64,000 nucleotides of DNA. Origin: a virus. The stretch lies in IMG/VR virus record IMGVR_UViG_3300005911_000002, positions 1-64,000 of that record. One strand, written 5' to 3'. Under the pieces are notes generated by a model. It was not told the origin of the DNA, made no database searches, and worked only from the letters and a program-made list of their open reading frames with translations. Below are positions 1 to 10,639 of this stretch, piece after piece. How positions within the stretch are numbered: position 1 is the first letter of the stretch; the number at the start of each line of letters is the position of its first letter. The position numbers and the translations under genes were made by a program.

Positions 1-15
1 CCAAGCATAAAAATA

Positions 16-37
16 AAGGCCCCCGAGGGCCTTTTTT
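16..37. terminator. bidirectional intrinsic terminator
   Basis: AAAGGCCC-CGA-GGGCCTTT hairpin with an A-run on one side and a T-run on the other. Confidence 0.75.
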
Positions 38-113
38 ATCTCCGAAAATACTCGTCCCATATCTTAATAAGTACCATTATAGAGACTATACATACCGCAA
101 AGAACAACTCCAT
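36..113 (-). CDS. 25-aa single-TM peptide (MELFFAVCIVSIMVLIKIWDEYFRR)
   Basis: Translated by hand; ATG overlaps the upstream stop (TGATG coupling); ends at the terminator; hydrophobic helix with a basic tail. Confidence 0.5.
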   Translation of the reverse strand: MELFFAVCIVSIMVLIKIWDEYFRR

Positions 114-1666
114 CAAGTACCCGAGGTGTCGACCTCTTCCTTATCCTTGTGGTAACTATCTTCTGGGACATGCTTCGCAGGAATACCTAGATCTGGTAAT
201 ACCTCTATGTTAGATAATGTCGCTAGGGCAGTATCGGGAGTTACTACTGGCGGAAGAGGCACACCGCCCCACGCAATATTTGAAACTCCGCTAGAAGGGC
301 AGATGATGACCGGGCCATTGTACGAGCTAGCGTGTAGCGCGTTCGTCTTGGTAGTTCCATCAACATCCAATGTGCTATGTAGCTGAACTCCTCCGATAGT
401 CTCCATGGTCCCTAGTAATTTCACACCCTCTCCCACCTCTAACTTCTTATTAAGCAGAACGTTATCCCTAACTTCGAGTTCTTTCCTAAGTAGGGCACTG
501 TCCATTACGTCTAGCTTGAGATGGAATAGTACGTCCTCATGGACCTCAAGTTTCTTATGTATCTCGACATTCTCGTCAACTTCCAAATTTTTTTCCATAT
601 GCACATTATGTGTGACGTATAACTCGCCATCCAGTGTTAGCTTGGGCGTGTGCATAAATACTTCCCCCGCTTTCCAACCATCTCCGTTTGGGTCGTCGTT
701 TCTTTCCACATGCACTTGGAACACACTGCCCCAACCGTCGGGAACGTTTCCGTCATCCATGCCATATAGTGGGTTCATAATTGGTTCTTCGGATCCGCGT
801 CTGTCTTCCATTTTACTGACGCCTTTTTTTAGAAGACGAATGTCAATGAAGTCACCATCCTCTCCCACACTAACCCATAGACGATCTGCTTTTTTGGGGT
901 CGGTTTTATCTCTTAAAGATATATCTATGTTAGTTTTATTATCATCGTAATATGTATGCAGATGGGCCCTACCCCCATTCCACACGTTGAGCTGATTCTC
1001 TAACACTTGATAACAGTAATTCTTTATATTGGTATATAACCTTTGACATAGGTGGGTTACAAAATTGTAATTGAATCCACCGCGCTCTACGATTATCTTA
1101 TTACCAAACCTGCTTTTTATAACTGTGCTCCCAGGGGCAACTTTTTCTGCGCCCTTCTTATACGACATGGCATCTTCCCGGAGAGCGTCCAGCGCCTCGG
1201 TTGCACCGGCGGACCCAACTGTTCCACCCACTAATGATGTTGCAGCTCTCATCGCATCGTCAGATCTATCATCTAATCTGATGGACTGCATTGTGCTGTC
1301 TACATCTGAAGATCCCTCCTGGGCACCAGTCCCAAACCCTATAATACACGCCCACCCAGATGCGTCAATAAGTGCCACACACTCACATAGCGGTTCTATA
1401 GTTGAGTATATGCCTTCTCCATTTGCCGGGTGGTAATACGGAGAATATATGGGGACATTGGAATACCTCTGCCCTGTCCTATCTATGGAAATATCCGCGG
1501 AGTGCCCGTAATTTCTAATAGAATCTACAACGCCCCGTTCAATCTGGCACCCTTCTGAAGGGCGCGAGTTGCCAGTAGCTCCACCGAGTGCCGCACCTAA
1601 TAGTATATCTTCTAACACTAATACCACCGTCCTTATTTTAAATTGTATGCCCAGTATACCACTCAT
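113..1666 (-). CDS. baseplate central spike (gp5/GpV-like) protein
   Basis: N-terminal OB-fold-like region; C-terminal 12-residue LEVxxxV repeats typical of a triple beta-helix; true start may be slightly downstream. Confidence 0.6.
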   Translation of the reverse strand: MSGILGIQFKIRTVVLVLEDILLGAALGGATGNSRPSEGCQIERGVVDSIRNYGHSADISIDRTGQRYSNVPIYSPYYHPANGEGIYSTIEPLCECVALIDASGWACIIGFGTGAQEGSSDVDSTMQSIRLDDRSDDAMRAATSLVGGTVGSAGATEALDALREDAMSYKKGAEKVAPGSTVIKSRFGNKIIVERGGFNYNFVTHLCQRLYTNIKNYCYQVLENQLNVWNGGRAHLHTYYDDNKTNIDISLRDKTDPKKADRLWVSVGEDGDFIDIRLLKKGVSKMEDRRGSEEPIMNPLYGMDDGNVPDGWGSVFQVHVERNDDPNGDGWKAGEVFMHTPKLTLDGELYVTHNVHMEKNLEVDENVEIHKKLEVHEDVLFHLKLDVMDSALLRKELEVRDNVLLNKKLEVGEGVKLLGTMETIGGVQLHSTLDVDGTTKTNALHASSYNGPVIICPSSGVSNIAWGGVPLPPVVTPDTALATLSNIEVLPDLGIPAKHVPEDSYHKDKEEVDTSGT

Positions 1667-1693
1667 GGACAGATTTGTAAAGAAACAGGCTAG

Positions 1694-1722
1694 TTGACAA
1701 TATTTTTTAAGTGTGTTATTCT
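1694..1722 (+). promoter_or_regulatory. sigma70/sigmaA-type promoter, extended -10
   Basis: TTGACA-17 nt-TATTCT with TG before the -10. Confidence 0.7.
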
Positions 1723-1758
1723 TAACTAAAGGATTGGACTAATTTAGGAGAAAAAACA

Positions 1759-3570
1759 ATGACATTTTTGCGCATCGAGCCCAGCATTAAGACTTCTGGG
1801 TACAAGCTCCCACAGCTAAAAGCTGACTGGGATAGAGCAATTGTAGAATATATATTTAACAACTTCCCATTTTTACAGGAAGCACAGCCACAGAATAGTG
1901 CGATAGTTACGGACGAGGATAACAAGAGGTTCGGGATTATTTATTTCAGTATGGGACAGGCGGTCTTTGGAGTACCTTATGTCGTAGATAGTGGCACATT
2001 AAACAAAGTAGTGTCATTTATATACGAGGATAATATGTATCCGCTAAATGAGAGTAACTTTGAAGATCTAGTAGGGGACACAGGTGCAGAGCCATCCCTA
2101 GCCGAGCCTGAGACTGGGATACTATCCCACTCACCGGATTATTCTAACTCAGAAGAGCAGATTGCTAATCAATCCCCTGATGAGTCATATCCGAAAACAG
2201 CGTCAATTATAGGGTACCCAGAGGATATTATAAAGTATAGGGGTAAGCTGGAAAGCGTACTCCAGCCAATGGGAAACCAGCTAGTTTCTCTAATAGACAA
2301 TGTTAATATAACTCCTCTTGACGTCGCTGTTAGTGACATCATTGTATACTATATTAATTCAGAAGATAGGAAAATGTATGTTTACAAAGGGACCAAGGAG
2401 TACCTGGATGTAGATATGAACGAAGTACCTATTGCAGCCGTACCTAATTATTTTAAAAGTCTTGGGTACAGTCCCGAGAAGATAGAAAAAATACTAACTG
2501 ATAAACTACATATTATTTCCCCAGAGCGGAATAAGAAGAAACAACTTATTATTGAGAATGGTTTCTACGCAGTAGATTGTGCAGATGGTACTACCAGAAA
2601 AGGCATGAAAATAGGAAAACTATTTTTATTCTCAGACGGTTCGTACGCCATAGCGAGGAGAGCAAGGGGTAGACAGATTGAGAGGATCAATCTCCCGTAC
2701 AGAAATGTCTCGTCTATTCGCACAGGGGATGAGTTTTCACTTATAATAAAAGGTCAGAATTCGGATGAGGTGAATGTTATCCCTCTGAAAGCAGAGTACG
2801 TGTATTCTAAATTTGATAAGCCCGACCTGATTGAGATATCTACCGAAGAGCTATTGCCAAACTTCCCATACCCAGATTTTAATAAACGTCTTGTAACATC
2901 GAAGAGAGTTCCACAGTTTATATTAGTGGATGGGAAAGAATCGAGCATAGTATCTCCGGGCACAAAGGTTTTGATGATGACGGAGGAAGTATCTGTTAAA
3001 AGGGAAGAAACATACGAGGAGACTACCGAGGTTGCTGCAAAACACTTCATGGGGGATATACATATTGACTCCTTGGAGACTGCGAAACTGTTTGGTACCT
3101 CCGCGTTAGATATTGGCAAATTTGCATTTTTGATGACTACGGTCGGTGCTGAGGAATACCAGGAAGCTTTTGACAACGTTAAAAGTACAGGTATGGGCCA
3201 TGTTAAATTGGGATCGTATGTTGATGGGTTTGATTTGAAACTTAAGGCCATGGAGAAATTAGCTGGGTGGGAACTTCCAGCAATAGACCTATATATCCTC
3301 TCCAAGTTCGCCGCGGAAGACCAAATACAAATGACCAATGCAGATATAGTTAAGATTATCGGAACAGGGACAGTTAACACAGATAATGTTTCCAGGTTTA
3401 TTGAGTATGTTCCGCAGTTAGACGAAGTTCTGGCTGTTCTTACTAAGATCATAATAAATGCGCAGCTATATGGTCCGACGGATGTTGCTAGTGCAGCAGA
3501 GTCTGTATATAACTCGCTTAGTTCTTTTGTCGAAAGATTGAGAGAAATTGATTCCTTATATGGAGAATAG
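1759..3570 (+). CDS. hypothetical virion/head protein (K-x-A motifs)
   Basis: 603-aa ORF, AGGAG RBS; PKTAS, EKLAG and SKFAA motifs shared with head-module proteins. Confidence 0.6.
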   Translation: MTFLRIEPSIKTSGYKLPQLKADWDRAIVEYIFNNFPFLQEAQPQNSAIVTDEDNKRFGIIYFSMGQAVFGVPYVVDSGTLNKVVSFIYEDNMYPLNESNFEDLVGDTGAEPSLAEPETGILSHSPDYSNSEEQIANQSPDESYPKTASIIGYPEDIIKYRGKLESVLQPMGNQLVSLIDNVNITPLDVAVSDIIVYYINSEDRKMYVYKGTKEYLDVDMNEVPIAAVPNYFKSLGYSPEKIEKILTDKLHIISPERNKKKQLIIENGFYAVDCADGTTRKGMKIGKLFLFSDGSYAIARRARGRQIERINLPYRNVSSIRTGDEFSLIIKGQNSDEVNVIPLKAEYVYSKFDKPDLIEISTEELLPNFPYPDFNKRLVTSKRVPQFILVDGKESSIVSPGTKVLMMTEEVSVKREETYEETTEVAAKHFMGDIHIDSLETAKLFGTSALDIGKFAFLMTTVGAEEYQEAFDNVKSTGMGHVKLGSYVDGFDLKLKAMEKLAGWELPAIDLYILSKFAAEDQIQMTNADIVKIIGTGTVNTDNVSRFIEYVPQLDEVLAVLTKIIINAQLYGPTDVASAAESVYNSLSSFVERLREIDSLYGE

Positions 3571-3572
3571 GC

Positions 3573-4805
3573 ATGTTAATAATATTCGAGCCTTCGGGGC
3601 AAACGCTCACACATACATTCACATCTGATGCAATACTCGGACCTCTGTATGTTAGAAACTTAACTACAGACCAGGCTGAGATATTGCTTACGATTACCAT
3701 TCCTTCTCAGGCAGAGGCGTTTACGACTGTTCACTATAACGATGCAGACGTAAACGATACAATAGTTTCAGAAGATATACTTATTGATCGTATATCTGGG
3801 ACCCTGGTTCCGAGCGGGACTATTTTAACCGCTACGTCTGAAATGAACGCTGAGTTTTTACAGATATACACAGAGGTCGTCAGTGAGCCAACTCAGGCCC
3901 AGATGACCAGTGCTCTAACTCTTATTGACGATATAAAGACTATAAATACTGATATGCGTGCATCCCAGGCTGCTATATCCACGGAAGCAACCCTGGTTGG
4001 CATATCCGCTCTTATCGGATCACGCATTACAAAGTGTAATACTGATAGTGTAACAATAGCTGGAACCGTGCCAGTATCCCTGCCAGCAGCATCGATTAGT
4101 AATAATCTTATGAAAGTTAAGGTGGTTGAAGACGATGTAGCTAGCGTAACTCAGCAAACTATAAATGATTTATTATCCGGACTAACGTCCCTTCGATCTA
4201 TAGCAGCTACTGATGTTACTTTGACAGTAAACCACGTAGCTACCGCTTCCCTTTTGGGAACTATATCATCTAAAGTCGATGATGTGGTTGACGCGGTTAA
4301 CAGTATGGTCAGGGTTGTAAATGTGTCCGTACCACCTCTTTCAGTAGATATGACAGGTCTTCTTCCTTTTGAGGACACGGGTAGTACTGAGAGAAAAGCT
4401 TTGACAGATACGAATGGTCGAATTATACTTTCACCTGACACACTGATTGGGATTGACCCTATCGCTGTAGCTCCTGGGACTACGTCCGTATCACATACTG
4501 ACTCGGTCACACTTGGTGCCGGGGAATCCGGACTTGTGTTTGTGTCTGAAACTAAGATGTTCATATACAACATCACAGCTACGACCGGAAATAAACAGTG
4601 CAAATTGGAGATATTACAGAACATTAGTGGCTCAGACACTGTAAAATATACAGAGGACTACACCACACAACAATCAGTGGACGATTTTACATACGAACCT
4701 CCAAAGCCAGCTATATACCGTGATGTATTAAAGGTTAGAATTACAAATACTAGCAGCGGTACTATCCAGGTATACGTAGCAATAGAGTATGAGGGGATAT
4801 CTTAA
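3573..4805 (+). CDS. hypothetical structural protein (T/S/V-rich, beta-rich C-terminus)
   Basis: 410-aa ORF tightly packed in the operon; composition typical of virion proteins. Confidence 0.55.
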   Translation: MLIIFEPSGQTLTHTFTSDAILGPLYVRNLTTDQAEILLTITIPSQAEAFTTVHYNDADVNDTIVSEDILIDRISGTLVPSGTILTATSEMNAEFLQIYTEVVSEPTQAQMTSALTLIDDIKTINTDMRASQAAISTEATLVGISALIGSRITKCNTDSVTIAGTVPVSLPAASISNNLMKVKVVEDDVASVTQQTINDLLSGLTSLRSIAATDVTLTVNHVATASLLGTISSKVDDVVDAVNSMVRVVNVSVPPLSVDMTGLLPFEDTGSTERKALTDTNGRIILSPDTLIGIDPIAVAPGTTSVSHTDSVTLGAGESGLVFVSETKMFIYNITATTGNKQCKLEILQNISGSDTVKYTEDYTTQQSVDDFTYEPPKPAIYRDVLKVRITNTSSGTIQVYVAIEYEGIS

Positions 4806-4815
4806 GGAATATATT

Positions 4816-5424
4816 ATGATTAGGACACCACTTACAAAACTTAATACAGGCGACGTACTTATAATGGGTCCATATAAACGACATATGAAACACATTCCTG
4901 ATACAATTGTGCAAAGCGCAACAGATTCTAAATTTTCACATGCGGGTTTTTATTTCCACGTGGACGACGTTCCTGCGGAGATACGGAAAGATTACGATTG
5001 CGGATGCGAGCACTGGATATTTGAAGCCAATAAGCACGAGAGCCCATTTATGCCGTTCATGAAAACTGAATATCTCGAAGACTATGAGTGGCAGGCGCTA
5101 AGGTTAAAGATGGAGTACAGAGAATATCTCCCAGATATAATAGCCACCATCGCAGGATACGATTGCGATATACATAATTTTTGGTCGACTTACTTTATGG
5201 GCACATTAATGTTTCTCCCTAAATGTCTACGGATGATAAAGTCATGGGTATTTAGCCAGCCGAATCCGTTTGCAATTGACCGAGCACACTACTGTTCTGA
5301 GATAGTTGTTGCTGCACATGAGTCCGTGGGACTTGACATTGCGTATAATATAGGGTTAAATAGAGATAGTATATGTGCAAAAGACTTTCAGAGGTGTACA
5401 TTTTTTAATAGGGTGAGATATTAG
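4816..5424 (+). CDS. permuted papain-like NlpC/P60 (YaeF/YiiX-like) enzyme
   Basis: GDVLI...SKFSHAGFY (His) comes before YCSEIV (Cys), the permuted order; start moved to ATG 4816 behind AAGGA. Confidence 0.75.
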   Translation: MIRTPLTKLNTGDVLIMGPYKRHMKHIPDTIVQSATDSKFSHAGFYFHVDDVPAEIRKDYDCGCEHWIFEANKHESPFMPFMKTEYLEDYEWQALRLKMEYREYLPDIIATIAGYDCDIHNFWSTYFMGTLMFLPKCLRMIKSWVFSQPNPFAIDRAHYCSEIVVAAHESVGLDIAYNIGLNRDSICAKDFQRCTFFNRVRY

Positions 5425-5425
5425 T

Positions 5426-6076
5426 ATGACTATTTATGATAACTACATTATAATCGATGGTAAAATGGTATCCCTGAGCACTACAGGGGAAACAACCACT
5501 TCTGAAGAGGTGACCACCACAACAACCCCTACAGACAAGTTTATCTGGGGAATATCATGGTCGACTGACGATGGTACTCGGGTAGAGTGGATGTTCGACG
5601 GTACAGCGGACAGCTTTAACGTATATCGCGTAGGGACAACAACCAATACACTCTTAGTTAATACTACCGAGTCTTACTACGAATACTCGTCCGGGGACGC
5701 TTCAGATCAATACTTAGTCGAAGCTATCCAGGATGGTTCCGCCGTAGATACAGTTACGGTAGATATTGATACATATCTACTAGATACTAACATGCGTATT
5801 TACGGAACCATAGTTACTATGGGCGGGCAACCCGCAGATGGAGCAGAGGTATTTATTTATACTGAATCGCAAATTAATGAATTTGCACATCGCACGTTAA
5901 TGTCAAAACTAAGGCTCATAGATATAACCGATGATGATGGGAATTTCCACTTTTACGTGAGACGTGGTCTTACAGTGTCCCTGTCTATACCGTTTGCATT
6001 TGTTAGGAAAACCCTCACACTCCCAACAAACATACCCTCATTGGATATAATAGAGTACGCCGATATAGGGATGTGA
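5426..6076 (+). CDS. Ig/FN3-like plus carboxypeptidase-regulatory-like domain protein (probable virion accessory)
   Basis: W..FNVYR...Y.VEA FN3 pattern followed by IYGTI..G.P..GA.V...TDDDGNF. Confidence 0.55.
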   Translation: MTIYDNYIIIDGKMVSLSTTGETTTSEEVTTTTTPTDKFIWGISWSTDDGTRVEWMFDGTADSFNVYRVGTTTNTLLVNTTESYYEYSSGDASDQYLVEAIQDGSAVDTVTVDIDTYLLDTNMRIYGTIVTMGGQPADGAEVFIYTESQINEFAHRTLMSKLRLIDITDDDGNFHFYVRRGLTVSLSIPFAFVRKTLTLPTNIPSLDIIEYADIGM

Positions 6077-6082
6077 TTCCTT

Positions 6083-6880
6083 GTGCTCTGCGAAAACTTC
6101 ATAAAGATAGCAATCATAAATAACCGAACCCTCGCGGAAATTAACGATATGTTAGTGGGTTTTAGAATGTCTTCCGTGACAGAAGCCGACATTGTCGCGG
6201 TTGTAGCCCAGTTACCGAGCAAATACCACGCTTCATTTATGTCGTTAGATCTGTTTGCCAAACCTATAACCGTACCACCAATGATCACATACTCAGACTT
6301 GTCCTGGGAAGAAGTCATGCTCATAAAAGACATCTCAGACAAGATGGCCGAGGTTATTCAGCTTGGAATACTGTTAAAGGTCAACGGGTTCATCGATATA
6401 CTCAAGAAAAGATACATAGGCTGCTTTGAACCATACCTGTTAGATTTATATAAAAAATATGTATTTAACGTTGACAGGGTATCCGCAGTAGAATTCTACC
6501 AGTACGTACAGGACGGTAAAATTACAGGAGTCACGTCTCATTTAGTCCAGGCTCTATCAAACCCTTCTTTTGCAGAGTTCCTGGTGACTGGCCAGAGCTC
6601 CGATGATCTTAACATGCTAGTTAAGAACGCTGGACAGGTAGCCTACGCTAAATTTATGGAGTGCTTCCAAACAAATAATCCCGCAGAAGCTCAAAAGTGG
6701 GCACAAGTTCTCATTAAAGCAGCACAAGTTAAAACACCTACTAAGAAGAACGACCTACTTGATCAGCTGGAACAGCTCAGCGTTGAGTGGGATGAGAAGA
6801 CAAACGCGCATTCCGAAGTACCTCAGATGACCGAGGACATAGACGACCCAGACCCGTTGGATGACGAGCTCCCAGAATAA
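6083..6880 (+). CDS. hypothetical protein
   Basis: 265-aa helical ORF with an acidic tail; near the terminase gene, small-terminase role unverified. Confidence 0.55.
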   Translation: MLCENFIKIAIINNRTLAEINDMLVGFRMSSVTEADIVAVVAQLPSKYHASFMSLDLFAKPITVPPMITYSDLSWEEVMLIKDISDKMAEVIQLGILLKVNGFIDILKKRYIGCFEPYLLDLYKKYVFNVDRVSAVEFYQYVQDGKITGVTSHLVQALSNPSFAEFLVTGQSSDDLNMLVKNAGQVAYAKFMECFQTNNPAEAQKWAQVLIKAAQVKTPTKKNDLLDQLEQLSVEWDEKTNAHSEVPQMTEDIDDPDPLDDELPE

Positions 6881-6915
6881 GGTATAAAATCACATACTAA
6901 TATTAGGAGGGTTCT

Positions 6916-7386
6916 ATGACTAAGATGATCAAAAAGGAAGTTACTATCATGATACAGAAAGCTAACTTTGAGAGGTGTGAATTAGATGGTGCAGGCTGTC
7001 AGATAATATTCTCATCCGGGATGTTAAAGATACGCGGAAACATATTCAAAAAAACAGCTCCTGGAACATCCACCTGCAGAGCATGCGGGAATAAGATAAA
7101 AAAAGGTGATGTGTGTATTTCTTTCCAGTACGACTTTGATAACAACCACACGGATATCGTTGGGAATAGCATATATTCTAGTCACGTTTACATACACGAC
7201 AAATGTGAAATTGATAACGAGATTCACCTGAGCGAAGGTGATATGGTATCCGAGAAAACTCTTAGAAGGTTCTACCCAGACATACCGGATACAGAATACA
7301 AAGAGATATGCATCGTAATAGGCAACGAAATATTCGGACGTGTGGACCTAGACGATGGCGAACATGTATTTAAGAAGTTGGGCTAG
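6916..7386 (+). CDS. hypothetical protein with PARP-type-like zinc finger
   Basis: STCRACGNKIKKG...HDKC; AGGAGG RBS; GGTATAAA upstream. Confidence 0.6.
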   Translation: MTKMIKKEVTIMIQKANFERCELDGAGCQIIFSSGMLKIRGNIFKKTAPGTSTCRACGNKIKKGDVCISFQYDFDNNHTDIVGNSIYSSHVYIHDKCEIDNEIHLSEGDMVSEKTLRRFYPDIPDTEYKEICIVIGNEIFGRVDLDDGEHVFKKLG

Positions 7387-7499
7387 CCTGACGGAGAAAG
7401 GTCGCCCTCGGTAACAGCTCTACCAAGATATCTAATAAGTCTCTCAGGGATATGCGAATAAGCAGTCTCTGAGAGATACCATCCTGCGTTCTTCACTGG

Positions 7500-9083
7500 T
7501 CATGCTGAATACCCCCACTTCTTTTTAATAATAGCTGCTACCTTCATATAGTTTACAGCGTGTACAGTGTCGTCTGGATTAGTCTGCTCATGAGTGTAGT
7601 ATTCTTCCATGTCGCCATGTCGATCTTTTCTATATTCTATTCGTACATTAAGAAAATCCTGTATAAAATCTTTTCTAATCTGCAGTGCTCTTGGCCATAT
7701 TATCTCAGATTGTTTTATGCCTCTGAATAAATCCGTTATCTGTGCGTCTCTATTAATAGTATATGTTTTCTTTTTACCGTTGTACTTTAGGGGGCATATC
7801 TGTGTCCCACTATTGTACACTTCAAATACCCGGTTAGCCCCAAATACTTTTTTTAGTTTTGGGTTCTGATACCCAGCGCCCACACCCCAGTCTGTTCCAA
7901 GGGCGGTCCACGAGAACATGCCAAGCCTATAACAAATATCATCTAGCTGGGCGTTCTGGTCTATGTCCTTGCCTTTCATGTACTTTTTAAGATGTACAAT
8001 CTTCATCCTACCATCTACAATGGCCCCTATGACAAATACTGTAAATGACACCGTCCCCAGACCCCAGTCAATACCAGCAAACAGCGGGTACATGTGATAT
8101 TTTGCCTGGATCTGGTCAATCGGGCAATTGTCGTACTGCTCGCACTCGAAATCTCTTTCATTTAGAGGTACCTCAGAGGAGTCGAAGGGCAACCCTAATA
8201 TTTCGTTATAAAGTGTTACCCGATCGGTATTCTTCACCTTGATGTAAAATTTAAGATACCTATCTGCGTCCATGATTCCTGCAAGGAGAAGCTGCGGCAT
8301 TCTAAACCCACGCATGAATCTAGTCTCACCCAGTTGATATCTCCCCTGCCACGATCCGTTTAATACGTTTAAAATTGTTGTTCTTTTAGAAGTTTTGTAG
8401 CAGTTGCTACAGATTATGCCTGCCCGTCCGATGTTTCGTAACCCTAGTATATTATGTTTCCCACACACATGGCACGCAACTACCCATTCCTCAGCAGTGG
8501 ATTTATTCATAAAGGTGGTGGATAATATATTATCTATTGCTTTTGGGGTTCCTGTGTATATGGTTACCCCACCGTCTTTGGCATGAGACAGACATTCGTT
8601 TGCAACATATATAGCATCCGAAGTTATATCCTGCATTTCATCAATGTATAGCCTATCCCCAGGGATACCACGAGCAGTATCACCATTTCCCCTGAGTGTG
8701 ATTAAATCTATAGCCGACAGATTCGCAAATCGAATCATGGATTGGGAATTTACACAATGTGAGGCTCTTGTGAAATTTACGCGGATCAACTTGTTACCGT
8801 AAACTGTGTCAGTTAGCCTGTCTCGGTGGAACCTTTTTACGTGATTATTCGTAGCACTTGCATAGATATAGTTTAATCTTGTAAGGCACGCCTCCGCGGT
8901 CAGTCTGTTGCCGATGAACGTGGATTTTTCAATCTGCCGACCACCCATAACTATTATATCTGGGTGGTTTACGTTGTATATTCTCTGCCACCATGGGCGC
9001 TTAGCTAAGCTGAACGGCTCCCCTTTAGAAGTGAACGCTAATTCGGAAAATTTAGATATTGAGTAAGTGCCCATAATATACAT
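7500..9083 (-). CDS. terL: terminase large subunit (GpA-like)
   Basis: GGRQIEKST Walker A, LYIDE Walker B, GTP motif III, CxxC pairs, RNase H-like AGIDWG and PDDTVHA. Confidence 0.9.
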   Translation of the reverse strand: MYIMGTYSISKFSELAFTSKGEPFSLAKRPWWQRIYNVNHPDIIVMGGRQIEKSTFIGNRLTAEACLTRLNYIYASATNNHVKRFHRDRLTDTVYGNKLIRVNFTRASHCVNSQSMIRFANLSAIDLITLRGNGDTARGIPGDRLYIDEMQDITSDAIYVANECLSHAKDGGVTIYTGTPKAIDNILSTTFMNKSTAEEWVVACHVCGKHNILGLRNIGRAGIICSNCYKTSKRTTILNVLNGSWQGRYQLGETRFMRGFRMPQLLLAGIMDADRYLKFYIKVKNTDRVTLYNEILGLPFDSSEVPLNERDFECEQYDNCPIDQIQAKYHMYPLFAGIDWGLGTVSFTVFVIGAIVDGRMKIVHLKKYMKGKDIDQNAQLDDICYRLGMFSWTALGTDWGVGAGYQNPKLKKVFGANRVFEVYNSGTQICPLKYNGKKKTYTINRDAQITDLFRGIKQSEIIWPRALQIRKDFIQDFLNVRIEYRKDRHGDMEEYYTHEQTNPDDTVHAVNYMKVAAIIKKKWGYSA

Positions 9084-9187
9084 AGTACCCCGATTTTAGC
9101 TAATTTGTCAACTATAATTTGACTTTGCCATATTGGTTATGCTACTATCTACTAAATGAAAAAGATTAATAACACAGGGGGACTAAC

Positions 9188-9997
9188 ATGCCGCAATTAG
9201 ATTATATAAAATACGTAGGTAGCAAGGGGTTTCTGGAAGACCAGTGCTCTGCTGAGCTGTTCGACTTCAGTGATGCCAACTTTAATGAGAACAGCAGAAT
9301 GGAGGCAGCCACACTTGTATCTACAGCATGCTTCGAGACAGACTCAGGATTTAATAAGGAAAAGTTGTATAACACCTTTGTCAAGAAATGCGAGACTCCA
9401 TTAGAGTTTATCCGTAGTAACTATGTTGGTACGGGTATCAAGCAATCATACAGGAATATAAAATTTGAAACATTTGGTGAAGGTATGGACGGGACTGGCA
9501 AAGCAGCAGTTAAAGAGTATAACTCTATCATACAGGCCCATAAAGATACAATAGCATGTTTCAAACTGAGAATACCACTAAAGGTAGTTGGGCACATAGT
9601 ACGGCATAGAAACTTCTCATTTATGCAAACTAGTCGGAGGTACACCAAAGTAGAACCGTACGATTTCTATATAAACGAGAAGGTCCCCCGGAACATGGCA
9701 AAGAGTCAGATAAGAAGTGGAATCGAGTCCTATCAGAGGTTACTTGAGTTGGGAATTAAACCGGAAGATGCAAGAGACGTACTACCATCGTATGCCCTAA
9801 TGACAACCTTATGGGTTATGGGTGATGTCAAAGCTTTCCAGAATTTCTTTAGACTACGATACTACGAAAACCTGATATCGGGAAAGGTAATGCATGAGAC
9901 CTTCGACACCGCCAAAGCTATGATTCTCCTCATAGAAGAGCATCAGCCCACCTTGTATAACCGGATGAAGCACATGAAATCTGGTATAAACAAGTAA
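9188..9997 (+). CDS. thyX: flavin-dependent thymidylate synthase
   Basis: RHRNFSFMQTSRRY matches the RHRx7S signature; EDAR and NFFRLR motifs. Confidence 0.9.
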   Translation: MPQLDYIKYVGSKGFLEDQCSAELFDFSDANFNENSRMEAATLVSTACFETDSGFNKEKLYNTFVKKCETPLEFIRSNYVGTGIKQSYRNIKFETFGEGMDGTGKAAVKEYNSIIQAHKDTIACFKLRIPLKVVGHIVRHRNFSFMQTSRRYTKVEPYDFYINEKVPRNMAKSQIRSGIESYQRLLELGIKPEDARDVLPSYALMTTLWVMGDVKAFQNFFRLRYYENLISGKVMHETFDTAKAMILLIEEHQPTLYNRMKHMKSGINK

Positions 9998-10012
9998 CAA
10001 AAGGAGGCTATT

Positions 10013-10594
10013 ATGGCAGAAAAGGTATGGTATTGGAAATTAATAAAGAAGCTCCAGGATGTGCACCCTGGCCCTGCATTAAAGAAATTAAGAGAGGGGC
10101 GGCAAAGAAAAGAGCAGGACGCAAAGATAGCAGACGTAGCTGCATTCGTAGGATTAAAGGTGTCCTCCCTGCAATCTTACGAGAAGGGTATTGAGGAACA
10201 TCTCATAGCCCCAAAGGAAGTTATGACCGCACTAGCTGCAAGGTTGTTCGTAGATCTGGACGATTTCCCAAAGATACGGGATTATTATTTGCCTAAGAAG
10301 GCTAATAGTAACGTTGAGATAATGAGGCCGACGATCCGAGCTCAAGAGGAATCTACGGTGGAAAACCAGGTGGATGATGGCAAAACCACAGACAAAATTG
10401 TAGTAGAGGTTCATAGCGATCTAGAAGAACCTATCCAGGTTGAAATGAACATTGACAACGCGGGGCATGTCCATGTTTTTCTGTACGGTACGGATACCGA
10501 AGTTAGGAAAGCAACATGGATGCCGGCCGCTACAAATAAATACGGGAGTAACGATAAGAGATACACCCCAACACTTAGAAAAACAATATATTAA
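10013..10594 (+). CDS. XRE-type HTH protein
   Basis: LKKLRE...IADVAAFVGLKVSSLQSYEKG helix-turn-helix pattern. Confidence 0.65.
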   Translation: MAEKVWYWKLIKKLQDVHPGPALKKLREGRQRKEQDAKIADVAAFVGLKVSSLQSYEKGIEEHLIAPKEVMTALAARLFVDLDDFPKIRDYYLPKKANSNVEIMRPTIRAQEESTVENQVDDGKTTDKIVVEVHSDLEEPIQVEMNIDNAGHVHVFLYGTDTEVRKATWMPAATNKYGSNDKRYTPTLRKTIY

Positions 10595-10595
10595 T

Positions 10596-10622
10596 AAGGA
10601 GGGGGGTTTCCCCTCTTTTTTT
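10596..10622 (+). terminator. intrinsic terminator
   Basis: GAGGGG/CCCCTC stem followed by a T-run. Confidence 0.7.
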
Positions 10623-10639
10623 ACTAGGGAGATACAACA

